From Azolla caroliniana (taxonomy: Eukaryota; Plantae; Polypodiophyta): a stretch of DNA of 64,000 bases. The notes beneath the pieces are model-generated. The model worked only from the letters and a program-made list of their open reading frames with translations. It had not been told where the DNA came from and searched no databases. This document shows, one piece after another, positions 46,912 to 59,600 of the stretch. The first letter of the stretch is position 1, and each line of letters starts with the position of its first letter. The stretch spans positions 6,200,001 through 6,264,000 of the forward strand of contig JBHGNT010000020.1 of the NCBI GenBank assembly GCA_043228905.1, written 5' to 3'. Both the position numbers and the translations under genes were made by a program.

Positions 46912-49683
46912 TAGGATGTTTTCGCTTGGTCTTACACCGATATGAAGGGGCTGGATCCTCAATACTACCAACATCAAATTCACATCTTACCCGACACTCA
47001 GCCGGTTCAGCAGAGGCGCTACAGGATGAACCCCAACTACGCCGCTAAAGTCAAAGAGGAAATTGACAAACTACTCCGAGTGGGCTTCATTCGCCCTATT
47101 AAACGGGCCACGTGGTTGAGCCCGATCGTAGTGGTCCCAAAGAAGTATGGAAAAATCTGCGTCTGCGTCGACTATCGGAAGCTTAACGCAGCAACAGTCA
47201 CCGACGGTTTCCCTCTTTCGTTCACGGATAGTGTCCTCGACACGGTAGCCAGCCACAAATGCTACAGTTTCCTCGACGGGTTCAGCGGCTATAACCAAAT
47301 AAGAATGCACCCGGAGGATCAGGAGAAAACCGCTTTCGTTACGGAATGGGGTGTTTTTGTAGCAGAAGTAATGATGTTCGGTCTAAAAATGGTGTCGGCT
47401 ACGTTCCAACGCATCATCACCGAAATCTTTCATGACTACATCCCGATGTTCATGCAAGTCTTTCTCGACGATTTCGCCGTGTATGGCCACCGACGGGAAC
47501 ACATGACCCAGTTATGACTCTGCCTGGACCGATGTCGCCAAGCTCAATTGAGCTTAAACCCGGTGAAATGCGCGTTCTTAGTCACCAGCGGCAACCTTCT
47601 CGGCCATATTGTCAGTCAAGAAGGCATCGCTATGGACCTGGATAAAGTAAAGGCAATCCTGACCGCCACCGCACCCTCGAACGCGAAGGCACTAAGCCGT
47701 TTTTTGGGACAGATCCGGTGGCACAGCCGAATGATACGGCACCTGGCCGATTTCTCGACACCTTTACACGCGGCAGTCCATCGCCTTCCCTTCCAATGGA
47801 CGTCAATCGAGGACACGGCCTATCAGACCCTGAAACAAATGTTGTCACATGCCCCGGTGGTCCAGTCTCCGGTTTGGTCCGAACCATTTCATGTCTTCGT
47901 AGATGCTTCGGACATCGCCATCGTAAGTGCCCTGATGCAATGCACACCCCTGAATTGGTATAGGCCCGTATACTACGCTAGTCGGCGGCTCTCGACCGCG
48001 GAAAAGAATTACTCCACCACCGAGCGGGAGGCGCTCGGTATGATTTATAGCATCAATCAATTTCGGCATTACCTCTTGGGCCGAAAATTTACCTTTCACG
48101 TGGATCACTCGGCCCTTCTTTATTTGGTCAATAAACAAGCCCTCACCGGACGGTTGGCTCGGTGGATGCTCCTACTACAAGAGTTTGATTTCCAAATTCA
48201 GCATCGACCTGGGGTACAACATGCCGTCGCCGACTACTTGAGTCGTCTTGAGTCAGGGGAACCGGCGAAAACAACGTACGACGAGCTACCAGACGCTAGC
48301 CTATTTAACCTGACCACGATACCAGACGATAACAGAGATGAATGGATCACGGAGAAGACCCATTTTCTCACTACCGGTGTACCTCCTGAGCACATGACCC
48401 TTGACACGAGAAAACGCCTAGCAGTGCGTAGCCGGAATTTTTGCGTCGTCTCGGACATTCTCTACCACAAAGGCTCGGACGGCATATGGCGCCGCGCGAT
48501 TCGGCAATTCGAGAAGAACGCCATTCTTCAGGAAGCCCACCAGGGAGTAGCTAGGGGGCACTACGCCGGGGATTCCACGGCAAGGAAAGTTTGGCAAAGT
48601 GGATTGTGGTGGCTGACAACGAAGAAAGACGCTCACGAGTTTTGCCGGCAGTGCGATTTGTGCCAATGACTAGGGCAACCAATGGAACAATCACGGATGC
48701 CACACCAGCCGATTCTTCCATTGGACCCATTTCAAAAATGGGGTTTGGATTTTGTAGGCCCTTTCGAACCACCCGCGACCTGAACAGGGAATAGGTATAT
48801 TATTGTTGCCACGGATTACTGCACCAAATGGGTCGAGGCTGAGGCACTCCGAGATAACACGGCGGCATCCACGGCTAAATTCGTGTACGAGCACCTCTGG
48901 TGCCGTTACGGATGCCCAATCGAGCTCGTTAGTGATCAAGGTGGGCACTTCATCAATCACATAATACGTGAGCTTACACATCACTACGCGGTGGTGCACA
49001 AGAAAAGCACACCATACTACCCGCAGGCAAACAGCTTGGCAGAATTGACTAATAAAATCCTCCAAACCATATTGAAGAAGATCGTCAATGAAAACAGGAC
49101 CGATTGGGATGACAAACTCCAGAGCGCGTTGTGGGCGTATCGTACGACTTTCAAAACAAGCATCCAATCAACCCCCTTTCGAATGGTGTTCGGGTTAGAA
49201 GCCGTAATGCCCGTCGAGTTCCAAGTCCCGAGCCTCCGAGTTCAAATTAAAGCATGGCTCCCCGAGGCCCAATCCGAGCAATACCGGCTGGAACAACTCC
49301 TCGAACTCGGTGAAGATAGGATAGAGAGTATGGCCCAGCTCGAACAACGCCAACGGCAACGCAAGGCTTTCGTGGATCGACATCGACACGGGCTGGAAAA
49401 GGAGCTCACCATCGGCAAACCGGTTCTTCTTTTTCAAACACGACTCGGGTCTATGCCGGGAAAATTAAGATTTCGGTGGACCGGTCCATTCTGGATTATC
49501 GACGAGTTCAACGGGACGTTCCAGCTTGGCACACTCGCCGGAGACACTGTCAAAAGCTGGGCCAATGGTTTCCAACTTCGACCATATCGAGGCACTACAC
49601 CACCCAACCCGTTTACCGAGCCACACGGCACAAACGAGTTTCGGGAGACCACCACGGAGGAGGCCACGTGTCCCCCTGAATAA
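46912..49683 (+). pseudogene. Gypsy A RT-RNaseH-integrase (several nonsense codons)
   Basis: ORFs 46942-47517, 47548-48669, 48883-49683 in one frame. Confidence 0.93.
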
Positions 49684-50208
49684 GGACTCACCCACCTTCT
49701 TGAAATTAATAAAAGTAGTAGTAGGTAGGATTAACCATTGTTTAGCCACCGATTAGCTACACCTACACCACCCACCTAGGCACCCACAAATTTAGGGGCA
49801 CCCCTCGCCACCACTCTTTTAGTACCTATTTAAGCACATGCAAAGCACTAGAAGCACCCCACTCACCTTCAGGACACGTGGTGCTAGTCACTTATTATGG
49901 CACCCACGACTCAGAATCTTCAGGATTTGCTTCAAGCACAAAACCCTAGGAGTAAGTTACTAAAACCGTTTCCAAAACGCAGCAGCACAGACACAGAAGT
50001 TCATTATCGCTCCCAATCTCCATCGCTCTCAAGCTCAGACACCCCGTCTCGCTCTCATCGCGCTAAACGCTCTTGCTCTCAAGCCCTCTTTCGCTCTCAT
50101 AACCCCTCTGCTGAACTTCCCATTCCTGCTGATCCTTCTCGGTCTCGCCCTCGTCTCATCACTCTTCTTCACGCTTCCACACAGTCGAACCCCGTCTCCA
50201 TCTCCACC

Positions 50209-53200
50209 ATGCCTCTCACCACTTCAATAGAAACCCGCGCCTAGCTCCAGGAATGAGGAATGGGTGATTACCTAAAGATCATCGATGCCCCCACGCACCC
50301 AGATGCCCAAGGTGTGGCTAAACGTATGAGTCCCGAAGCCATCACCAACAACGTGCTTCGGGTTGTTTTGGATCTGCAACAGGGAGGGGACCATGAGGTC
50401 GACATACCCCCAGCATCAAAGATGAAAGCGTATTTCGGTGAATACTCAGCCTCAGGGAAGGCATATCGCACGTATGGCAGTCCCAACAGAGCTTTCGGGG
50501 AGATTGCTCGTATATTAATGGAGTATGCGTTCGTGCATACGAACCCAACGAGCATGCCGCAGAACAAGGCCGCCATCATCATCAGCGCGTATGAAGGAAA
50601 CAGAATCGATTGGGGAATCATCACAGGCGAAGGACTCCGCGCCGCCTTAGCCTCATTTCAGTCCAGTAAGAAGATGTTGACTGTTCTTACCCACTTTTTG
50701 ATGGTTCTATACACACCCACTTCTCTTCCTTCCCCTCGCACACTCACGTCCCCACCACCACCACGAAGGCAGAAAGAGAAATTCGTTGCCATCAGCCACG
50801 AAGCATGGGAGGAGCCCACATCGCCTCCACCTCCTGCCGCTGACCAAAACCCCGCATCTGCACCACCACCCACTCAACCCCAACAAAAAAGGCCAGTTTC
50901 TGAGACCTGCCAAGAATGGGAGGAGGAGGTAGTCGCGGAAGATAACACGGCCGATGATGTCACCATTCGACAACCAACGTCGCACCCCTCGGTAACTTCC
51001 CCAGGGCCTAGCCCACGCCCCAACACACAGCAGGCTACACCACCACGACCCCAGATAAGGAAGTAGGCGGAGGAAACGACACTACGGGCCCCGGAACCCC
51101 AAACACAGCCGAGCAAGAGAAGACGACTCAACCGCGAGTCCTCGGAAGAACAGAAAGAGCCACAACAGGAGCAAGCCTTAGTTATCAGACAGAGCAACCT
51201 GGCCATCATCCCTGAGGAGGCCTCGCTGAACCAGGGAAAGATCGAGCATGGGCAGACAACGGAAATCTCGGAGGATGAAGTCCTCGGGTATAAGGACCTC
51301 CCCGCGGAGGCTTACGAATTTAGTGCGCTCCTACGCCTCGGTACGACATTCGAGCTTGTCGACTTCCTCGCCAGAGCCCAAGTCGCGGCAGCCGCTCGAA
51401 TGGCGGAAGAGCACGCCGAAACAAAAATGATTCAGCGCGCGCTAATAGGTGAAATTGAGCCCCAGGAGGACAGGGCTTTACAAAAAAACGGGAGAAAGAA
51501 GCAAGCGAAACAGGCCGCTCTCCTCATGGAGGTCCCCGAGTTGAACACGGCCCTTATCGAGGCATATAAAGACCTGGATCGCACTACACGGGCAGCCAAA
51601 GACATGGCCCGAAAGATAAAAATAGCCCAAAAACGGGCTAAGATGGCTACAGAATTATGGCACTCTGCGAAACAGAAGATGGCAGCCTGGGAGCAAAACC
51701 GGCCGGAACAACAACTCTTGAGCCTTCTGGCCACGACCACCGAGGCCCTCCCAGCCCCTCCACGCATAACAATGATGGATGAAAGCACCGTCACAGATTC
51801 AATCCTGACGGACTCGTTACAAATGGTCGATGCCTGCACAACAACCGAGGCGGCCACGCCCATGGAAAAGACCGAGATACCACACCCTCGTGCACCCAAG
51901 GAGGTGGCAACCCAGACAGAACCCCCGCTCCGGGATTACTGCGCAGAGCTTAAAGAAGAACAACGGCGAACCGAGAGACACGAACAACGGCATCAAGAGG
52001 TAATGGCTCGCCTAAACGAAGAAGCTTCCAAGCAGATGGCCGAGATTAGAGCCCAGGCCGACCAAAGGATACACGAGCAGAACGAAGCACTGGGCCGGGT
52101 ACAAGCGCAAGCCGCGGGCGAAGAAGCCGAACTCAAAAGCAAGATGGAGGAATACGCAGCCACAGTGGTGAAGAAAGAGAAGGAGGTTCTAGACCTACAG
52201 GCCGTGCTCAACACTGCGAAAGACTGGAACCATTGGTTGGAGGAAAGAAATCGCCAACGGGAGGAGAGGATGATCGCGGAGAATGCCGAGCTGCAGAGTC
52301 AGCGTACGACCCTTAAAGAAATGGCTGACGAGTTTTTCATCAAATGCAAGCTACTTTCGGAGCAAAAAGACGAATTATCGGATTCCTACTTGGCCCTACA
52401 AGAAGAGAGAATCGTCGAACGGGAACAAATCCGGGCCACGTGTCAAAAAGAACGGGAGCAAGCCACCGAAGAACTCACCAAGTGTTACGAGCAGGCTCTC
52501 CAGCTCGTAACCGCGGATGCAAAGAACACTCAAGCCATCTATGAGCTAAGAGCACAGAAGATTCAGGCCGAGGTCGACGGCTTAAAACAGGAATTAGCAG
52601 CCATCCGAGCACAGCCCGGCATGGATGAGACACGCATCAGAATACTGATCCAGAAACAACGCCAACACCTTACCAAAAAGGTCGAGGAAACATTAAGTCG
52701 CGCAGGAGACGAATGGGCAGCCCAAGCTGCCGAATTGCATATTTTACGCGCCGACGCCGAGAACCAACGGAAGGAGGGCCGCGGCTTCTACAAAATGGAC
52801 GAAGGCAGCATACAAAACCTGCGTGCAGATTTAACCGAGGATTACCAGTCCTTGGCAAAATCTCACACCGCGGCAATCGAGCAAATAATGGAGGACTTCA
52901 ATGACGGTCAGATGTTGTTTCGCCTAGAAGCAGAAGCCTTCGAACGAGAACGACTCGCAGCCATCCCCACCAGCCCTCCAACGGCCACAGAGCAGAAGGA
53001 AGAACCTTCCAGCAAGGAGATCACGGACACGACACAGGAGGAACTTGCCCCGGCCAACAGACATCCCATGGACGCTCACACGGTACCAGATCTAGTCGAA
53101 GTAGAGGTCAGCGCTCACGAACCCACACCCCCACCAGAAGAATCGGCTGCACCTGAGGCGGACGCCCGAGAAGATATGACACCCCCGGACCAAACTCAAC

Positions 53201-53283
53201 CCCCCGCACCGACAGTCCAACCAGACCACCCTACCACCACCCCGGACCCCGAAAACATCCTCAACATCTTAAAAGAGGAATGA
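50209..53283 (+). pseudogene. Gypsy A accessory ORF, about 1025 codons, 3 nonsense codons (N-domain, Pro linker, NLS-like motif, long coiled coil)
   Basis: ORFs 49897-50244, 50260-51066 and 51400-53283 share one frame; 51067-51399 read by hand and open. Confidence 0.85.
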
Positions 53284-55838
53284 AATGAGGATCACGCCTA
53301 AAAGGCAATTTTTGTAATATTGTTAGTATTTTGTAAGTCGTGGGTCCGACGGACAAGGTCCTGTCCCACGGGCGTGCTAGGTGTTGTCCAGAGGACAGAA
53401 ATGTAAAATTAGGAAATTAGCAAACTCCGAGTCTGAGTATCACGGGCCACCGACGACTCGGCTGTGTATTAGGGGAAAAGTTATTTAAACGAGGACCAGT
53501 ACCTCAGAGTGAGGGAGAGAAGAAAAATATAGGCGGACGCACTAGCTGAGTCCCTCGTAACTAGCTAATCTTGTAAGGTCACCGGCCGTAGGCCGTGTTC
53601 TGTAATCTCTTCTGTCGCAGTAATATATCTGAATTGTGCCCAATTTGCTCCATGTGTCTGTGCTTTGATTCATACCTATGATTTGAGCGCCGCCCACGCC
53701 TGTCCAGATCTCGTTAGTGTTTTCTCTCTGAGCACTGTCTCTCCCTCGACACCTCTGTTACGAGCCTTCACGTACCACGCCCTTGAATACCAATAGCCGC
53801 AAATCTATCGAAGGTGTTCACTCAAAGGAACGGGTAACACTACCACCGAGACTCGTGTTCTATGCCAGTCGCCATACATCCGAATGGATTAAATCGAGCT
53901 TGTTTCGCATCCGATTTCTTTCATTTGGGAATGGAAGTTGGTGATGCTTCCTAGACTTGGCCCTTTCGGCCAATGAATTTTGGCAAGCCGAAAACAATGT
54001 TTTTCTTCTGCATCTCTCGAAGTTATGGGAAGTTGATGTGGTTGAACCGCTTGTGCCATAGGTCAATATCCAATTCGACCTTTTGCCCTTTCGCAAACAT
54101 AGTGGTGCCTATGTCATTGGTTTCGAGGATGAACATCCTCCCTTGCCAGCGCCCTTGCGCGATGATCTTGCCTTCGTCTTCTATGAAGCACCCGAGATGA
54201 GTAAATCGAACTTGCATGCCTTAGTCGACTATCTATCTGACCAACACCAAATTTTTGGTGATTGTCGGCACATGCAAGAAATTTCTCATGATTCCCTTCT
54301 GGCCGACATGGTTGAGAGGGACACCTCCAATGTGTTCAATGGGGCAAGGGGTGTCATCACCAGTTTCGACAACCCCCGTCTGCTCTGGCTTCTCTAGAGT
54401 CGAGAACCACTCTTGGTGATTCTTCATGTGGTTTGATGCTGCTAAATCCACATACCATAGCTTGTTCGACCTCGAGGTATTCACCGCCACCGAGTTGGCT
54501 TTGTACTTCATGATGAAGGTGGGGCCCGTGCCAACTCGCCCTGAGCCTTCTGCGTAGTGCGATCTCCTATGCCTATTTGCGTCTCGTCGGCTCGATCCGG
54601 CCTGGTCAGAATCGGCTCATTTCTTCTAGCACTCCCTCTGTGGCCCTTCTTGCCACAATACCAACAGTCTGTTGCGGCTTTCCCTTGCCGGCTCCTAGCG
54701 TCTATTTGGCTCCCTCTATTTGCGGAGTGTCCGAAACTGATCTCGACATTCTGATTATGTCGTAAATTCTGCTCTTGTCGGTTGCCTCCATTGTGTGCTG
54801 ACTCGCCTCGTCCACCACGACCACGGGGCCTCTCTACCTCCGTATACAACATTTTATTGTCAGTGTGCGTACTCGTCGACGCACATGTGCGGTTTTATTC
54901 TACGAGCAACATCGATTGAAGCTCAAAAAATGACATCGTATTCTCCCTCGTGCAGACCGCCATTCAGAATGCTCCGAACTTAGACGCTAATCCTCCAAGG
55001 AGAACCTACACCATTTCATCCTCCTCGACATTCACATTGACGGAGGTGAGAGAGTCGCAAATCTCCTTGATTCGCGCTATATAATCAGCCACAGACAGGT
55101 CTTTCTGTAGGTCATTGCTTAGTTTGTACCTAAGTTGCAGCTTCCTGACCGTCATGTTGGCGATGAATATCCTTTGAGATTCGCCCACGCGTTCTTTGGT
55201 GTCTCAGCATCCTGAATGTAGCTCAAGAGTTGATTGCTCACATAGGACGCAAAAATAGTAGAGAACTCTGCTTGTCGCTTGTTCCCAGGCGGGGAAGTCT
55301 TTATGTGTCGATTCAGGTGATGCATCATTAGTTCCTTCGACATAACTCTAGTAGCCATGGCCGAGTAGGTACAGGTGCATCTTGAACGACCAAGATGAGT
55401 AGTTGCTCCTATCGAGCTTTTCAGTTGGAACCAAGCTTCCCATTCCTCTGTCCATATTTCTATTGCATCTTTTCCGAAAACAAGAAAACTTGACTCTGTC
55501 TTGATCGCTTACTTTTCTGTCAGTTGCAGAGGAGTCTTGACTCTCAACCCTCGCGTTCTGATACCATGTAAAAGAATATGATGTGTAGAAGCATGCGTAA
55601 AAGACACAGAGTATACAGTTGATGTTCGGAAACAAAACTGTTTGGTAAATGCAAAGAACACAAATAATGAGAGAGACGGAGAAAGAGAGAGTAGTCACAA
55701 AATTATATTAAAAGGAATAACGCTCTGTACATACTTCGTGCTCAGTGAGCACTATTTTTACAAGGCTTGATGAGTGGGCTGACACAAGTATCATTAGTAC
55801 TTGAATGCTCATAAATGAGCCTGACACTAATTCTACGT

Positions 55839-56128
55839 TGTCGTGAAGAATTTCGGCCAGAGGCGGAAACCGGGAAACATTGGCTACATCGGCAGGGTGT
55901 AGCGTGTGTGCTCACCCTTGTACATTTAGTGTGAATAACGAGGGCGCCTTTATGGCGCCGAAGAGTAGTCAAGTCGAGACAGACGATCCCATGTAAGTCG
56001 GGATTTAACCCGCATTGTAACGCATCCCTCTCCTTGTTCTATAAAAGGAAGGGAGCGCCCTTTGTGAAAGGGTTGCCCATTTTGCGTTAGAGGCGATACC
56101 GTTAGGTTTAGAGTTAGTTTCTTTTTCT

Positions 56129-56160
<32 letters not shown>

Positions 56161-56622
56161 TTCGCGGGGAGGTCGACCGTTGAGGGCGTTTTCTGCTCGG
56201 TCTCCTGTGCAAGACCCCGCTCTGCGTGACGAGCCCGAGAGCTCCCCGGACGGCGGCTTGGCAGCAGACTGCTATTGTAACCTACCCTACCATGGCCTGG
56301 CTCGAAGCCGGGAATGTATTCTCCCCTCTTTGTAATATACATACAAGTATCCGTCTGTGCATACTCGTGTCTCTGTTTGTGTGGGTGTTTTTGGTGTTCC
56401 CTTCCCTGCGTTGCTCGTACATAACGGCGTGAGTTGGGTCGGCGCGGTGTGTGTGTGTGTGTGTGTGTGAGTCGGCGTCAAGGGCGCGCTCCCTCTTTCT
56501 CTCCCTCTCTCGTTTGGTTGCCTCCGGAACGCGTCCGGAATCATCTTCTCGGCTCCTCTTCTCCCTAGTCCAAGACCCCCGTGGTCCCGCCCTTCTACAC
56601 GCACGCGCGTAGCAACGCGACA
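55839..56622 (+). mobile_element. Solo LTR of the element-C lineage
   Basis: TGTCG...CGACA; 4-bp TSD ACGT; CTAGTCCAAGACC.C.GTGG motif shared with U5 of C; contains (TTC)n and (GT)n. Confidence 0.85.
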
Positions 56623-56664
56623 ACGTACAATAATCTTATTTACTATACTAGGAATATAGTCTAT

Positions 56665-59600
56665 TGTTGAGAGACAAGCTCAACATCGGCCGGATCGGCT
56701 GAAGAAGCCGAGGACCGGATCGGTTGGGACCGATCGGTTAGGCCGAGTGCGTAAACCAGGAGGTCGTTAGGAAAGATATTCCTTGAGGAATATATTTGGG
56801 AGTTAGTGTAGGGGCTCTTGATGAGCATTGAAGTACTATCAGTACTTCGGTCAGTCCTTTTAGGACTTGTATAAAAGTGCTCACTGACACGTCTTATGTA
56901 CAGAGATTGAGTATTATTGTGAAATATAGTTTTTTGTTCTCTCTGTCTCTGTCTCTCCTGTGTATACCGTGTAAGCTCAAGCTCTCCATTAAACCTGTGT
57001 TTCCTTCCTCTGTTCGGTCTTTATACCTGCTTCCGCACGCTACTTTCTACATGGTATCAGAGCGCGAGGGTTGAGAACCTCTCTGCAGCCGACATAGCTT
57101 GACGAAGAAGAACAAGAAGAACGATGGATAGAGGCATGGCGAGCTCGCTTCCAACAGAGAAGCTCGACAGAACCAACTACGCGTCTTGGTCCTACAAGAT
57201 GCACCAGTACCTGCTCGGGCATGGCTACTGGAGTTATGTCGAAGGAGCTAATGACACGGCACCCGAATCGACACACAGAGACTTCCCGTCGTGGGAGCAA
57301 TCAGCGAGCAGGGTACTATACTGCTTCGCGTCGTGTGTGGGCGAATAGCTATTGAGCTATGTTCGGGATGCAAAGACGCCGAAGGGTGCGTGGGAAAATC
57401 TGAAGAAGATTTTCGCCGCAAGCACCACAGCCAGGAAGCTTTAGCTCCGACAGGAGTTGAGCAACCTACGACAACGCGACTTGTCGGTGGCGGACTATAC
57501 CTCAAAGATCAAGAATATCTGCGACTCCCTCGCCTCCATAGAAGTGAACATCGAGGAGAGCGAGATGGTACAGATCTGTCTCGGAGGTTTGGCGTCGAAG
57601 TTCGGAGCGTTCCGAACGGCTGTGTGTACCCGGGAGAATACGCCGTCCTTTTTCGACTTACAGTCGATGCTCCTGGTAGAGGAGAACCACGCGGGTGCGT
57701 CTACAAGCACGCACACCGACAGCAGAATGTTGTATACGGAGGGAGATAGGCCCCGTGGACGTGGAGGACAAGGCGAGTCGGCACGCAATGGAGGCGGCCG
57801 ACAAGATCAAGAAAGAAGGCACCGAAGTGATGCCGACAGCAACTCCGGACCCTCCAGAAACAGGGGGAGTCGAAGCGATGAGAACCGGCAAGGGAAGGCC
57901 ATCGCGGAGTGCTGGTACTGTGGCAAGAAAGACCACAAGGAAAGTGAGTGCTGGAAGAAACGTGCCGATTCGGAGAGAACTGGTTCCGGGAACGACTCCA
58001 GACATACCGACAAGGGAAATCGGCAGCGATCGCACTACGCCGAAGACTCCGGGAGAGCTGGAGAAGGGTCTGTCTTCGTGACGAGACACGAAGCTAACTA
58101 TATAAAACAGAGCACCCCAAGATCGGACGAGTGTGGTACGTGGACTCCGGCGCGTCAAACCACATGACGAGCCATAAGGAGTGGTTCTCGTACCTTGAAA
58201 AACCGATACAACCGGGAGTAGTCGCAACAGGAGACGACACTCCGCATCCGATCGCGAATGTCGGAGAAGTTCCCCTTAGCCATGTCGGGCAGAAAGGGAA
58301 ACTCATGAACATGTTGCACATTCCGACAATCACGAAGAACTTGGTCTCGGTCGGACAGATCGTCGACCAAGGGATGGAGGTTCGGTTTACACACCTCGGG
58401 TGCTTCATTGAGGAAGAAGGTCGTGTGATTGCGCAAGGGCGCAGAGACGGGAGGATGTTCATCCTCGACTCCACTAACGGCGGCACCGCAATGTTCGCAA
58501 AGGGACAAAAGACCGAGTCCGACATCGACTTGTGGCACAAGCGGATAGGCCACCCACGTCAACTACCAGCGGCTTCAAGATCTGCAAATGAAACAGGTAG
58601 TGTTCGGATTGCCCAAATTTAGTGGCCGAAAGGCACAAATTTGTGAAGCCTGCCAACTCGGGAAGCAACACAAACTTCCTTTCCCCAACGAGCGAAACCG
58701 GAGCCGGAACAAGCTCGACCTTATACACTCCGATGTATGGGGGCCAGCACAAAACGTTAGTCTTGGCGGGAGCCGATATTTCGTCTCCTTCATCGACGAC
58801 CACACGCGGCACACGTGGATCTACCTCATTGAGAGGAAGAGCGAAGTCTTCGACTGTTTCCAGGACCTCAAGGAGTTCGTGGAAACCGAAACGGGACGAA
58901 AGATCAAGTGCCTGCGGTCGGATGGCGGGAAAGAGTACTTTTCCGGTCAATTCAACGGTTATCTACAACAAATGGGAATTCAGCGCGAATTCAATTGTAG
59001 ATACACGCCGGAGCAGAACGGCGTGGCCGAGAGAAAGAACCAGCCGATTGCGGAAGCGGCACGGGCAATGCTGGAGGAGAAGAGCTTGCCCAAGTTCTAC
59101 TGGGCCGAGGCGGTAAGGACCGCGGTATACATCCAGAACCGGATCGGAGACAAAGTGTCAGCACACGAGCTATATTTCGGAACGAAGCCGAACTTGCGAC
59201 ACTTGAGGGTGTTCGGTAGCATTGCGTATGTGCATGTACCGAAGGAGAAAAGGAGGAAGCTGGACGCAAAGGCCGAGAAGTGCATCTTGGTCGGTTACTC
59301 GGACGAGCAGAAGGGTTATAAGTGCTATAACCCTCGCACCAAACAAGCGCGTGTCAGCCGCGACGTTGTGTTTGACGAGTCCGCGTCCTAGTACCTGCCC
59401 CCGACTACGAACCTCGACTCCCATCTGAGCTCTAACGATGAGGTCAGCGAGGTCGAGATGCCTCCGGATGTTCCCGAAATCGAGACCCGCGAAGAGTCCA
59501 ATTTCACTCCGGTTAAGTGGACCGAGTGGACGACTGAGTCGGTACGACCAGTCCGATGAGGAGCCGGCGAGTAGTGGAGACTCGGCCGTGCATTCCCCGC

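Larger units (their letters stand above)
21033..53839 (+). mobile_element. Non-chromoviral Ty3/gypsy element A (Phygy/OTA-like), degenerate, with nested insertions
   Basis: 576-bp direct repeats 21033-21608 and 53264-53839; PBS TGGCACGCCC 21614-21623 (tRNA-Arg type); gag, PR (IIDGGSGVN), RT (FLDD), RNaseH, IN in gypsy order. Confidence 0.93.

Noticed and set aside
51400-53283. Captured host myosin/SMC-like gene or env gene
   Set aside because: In frame with the upstream element ORF, shared with gypsy B, and no motor/ATPase motif or TM segment seen
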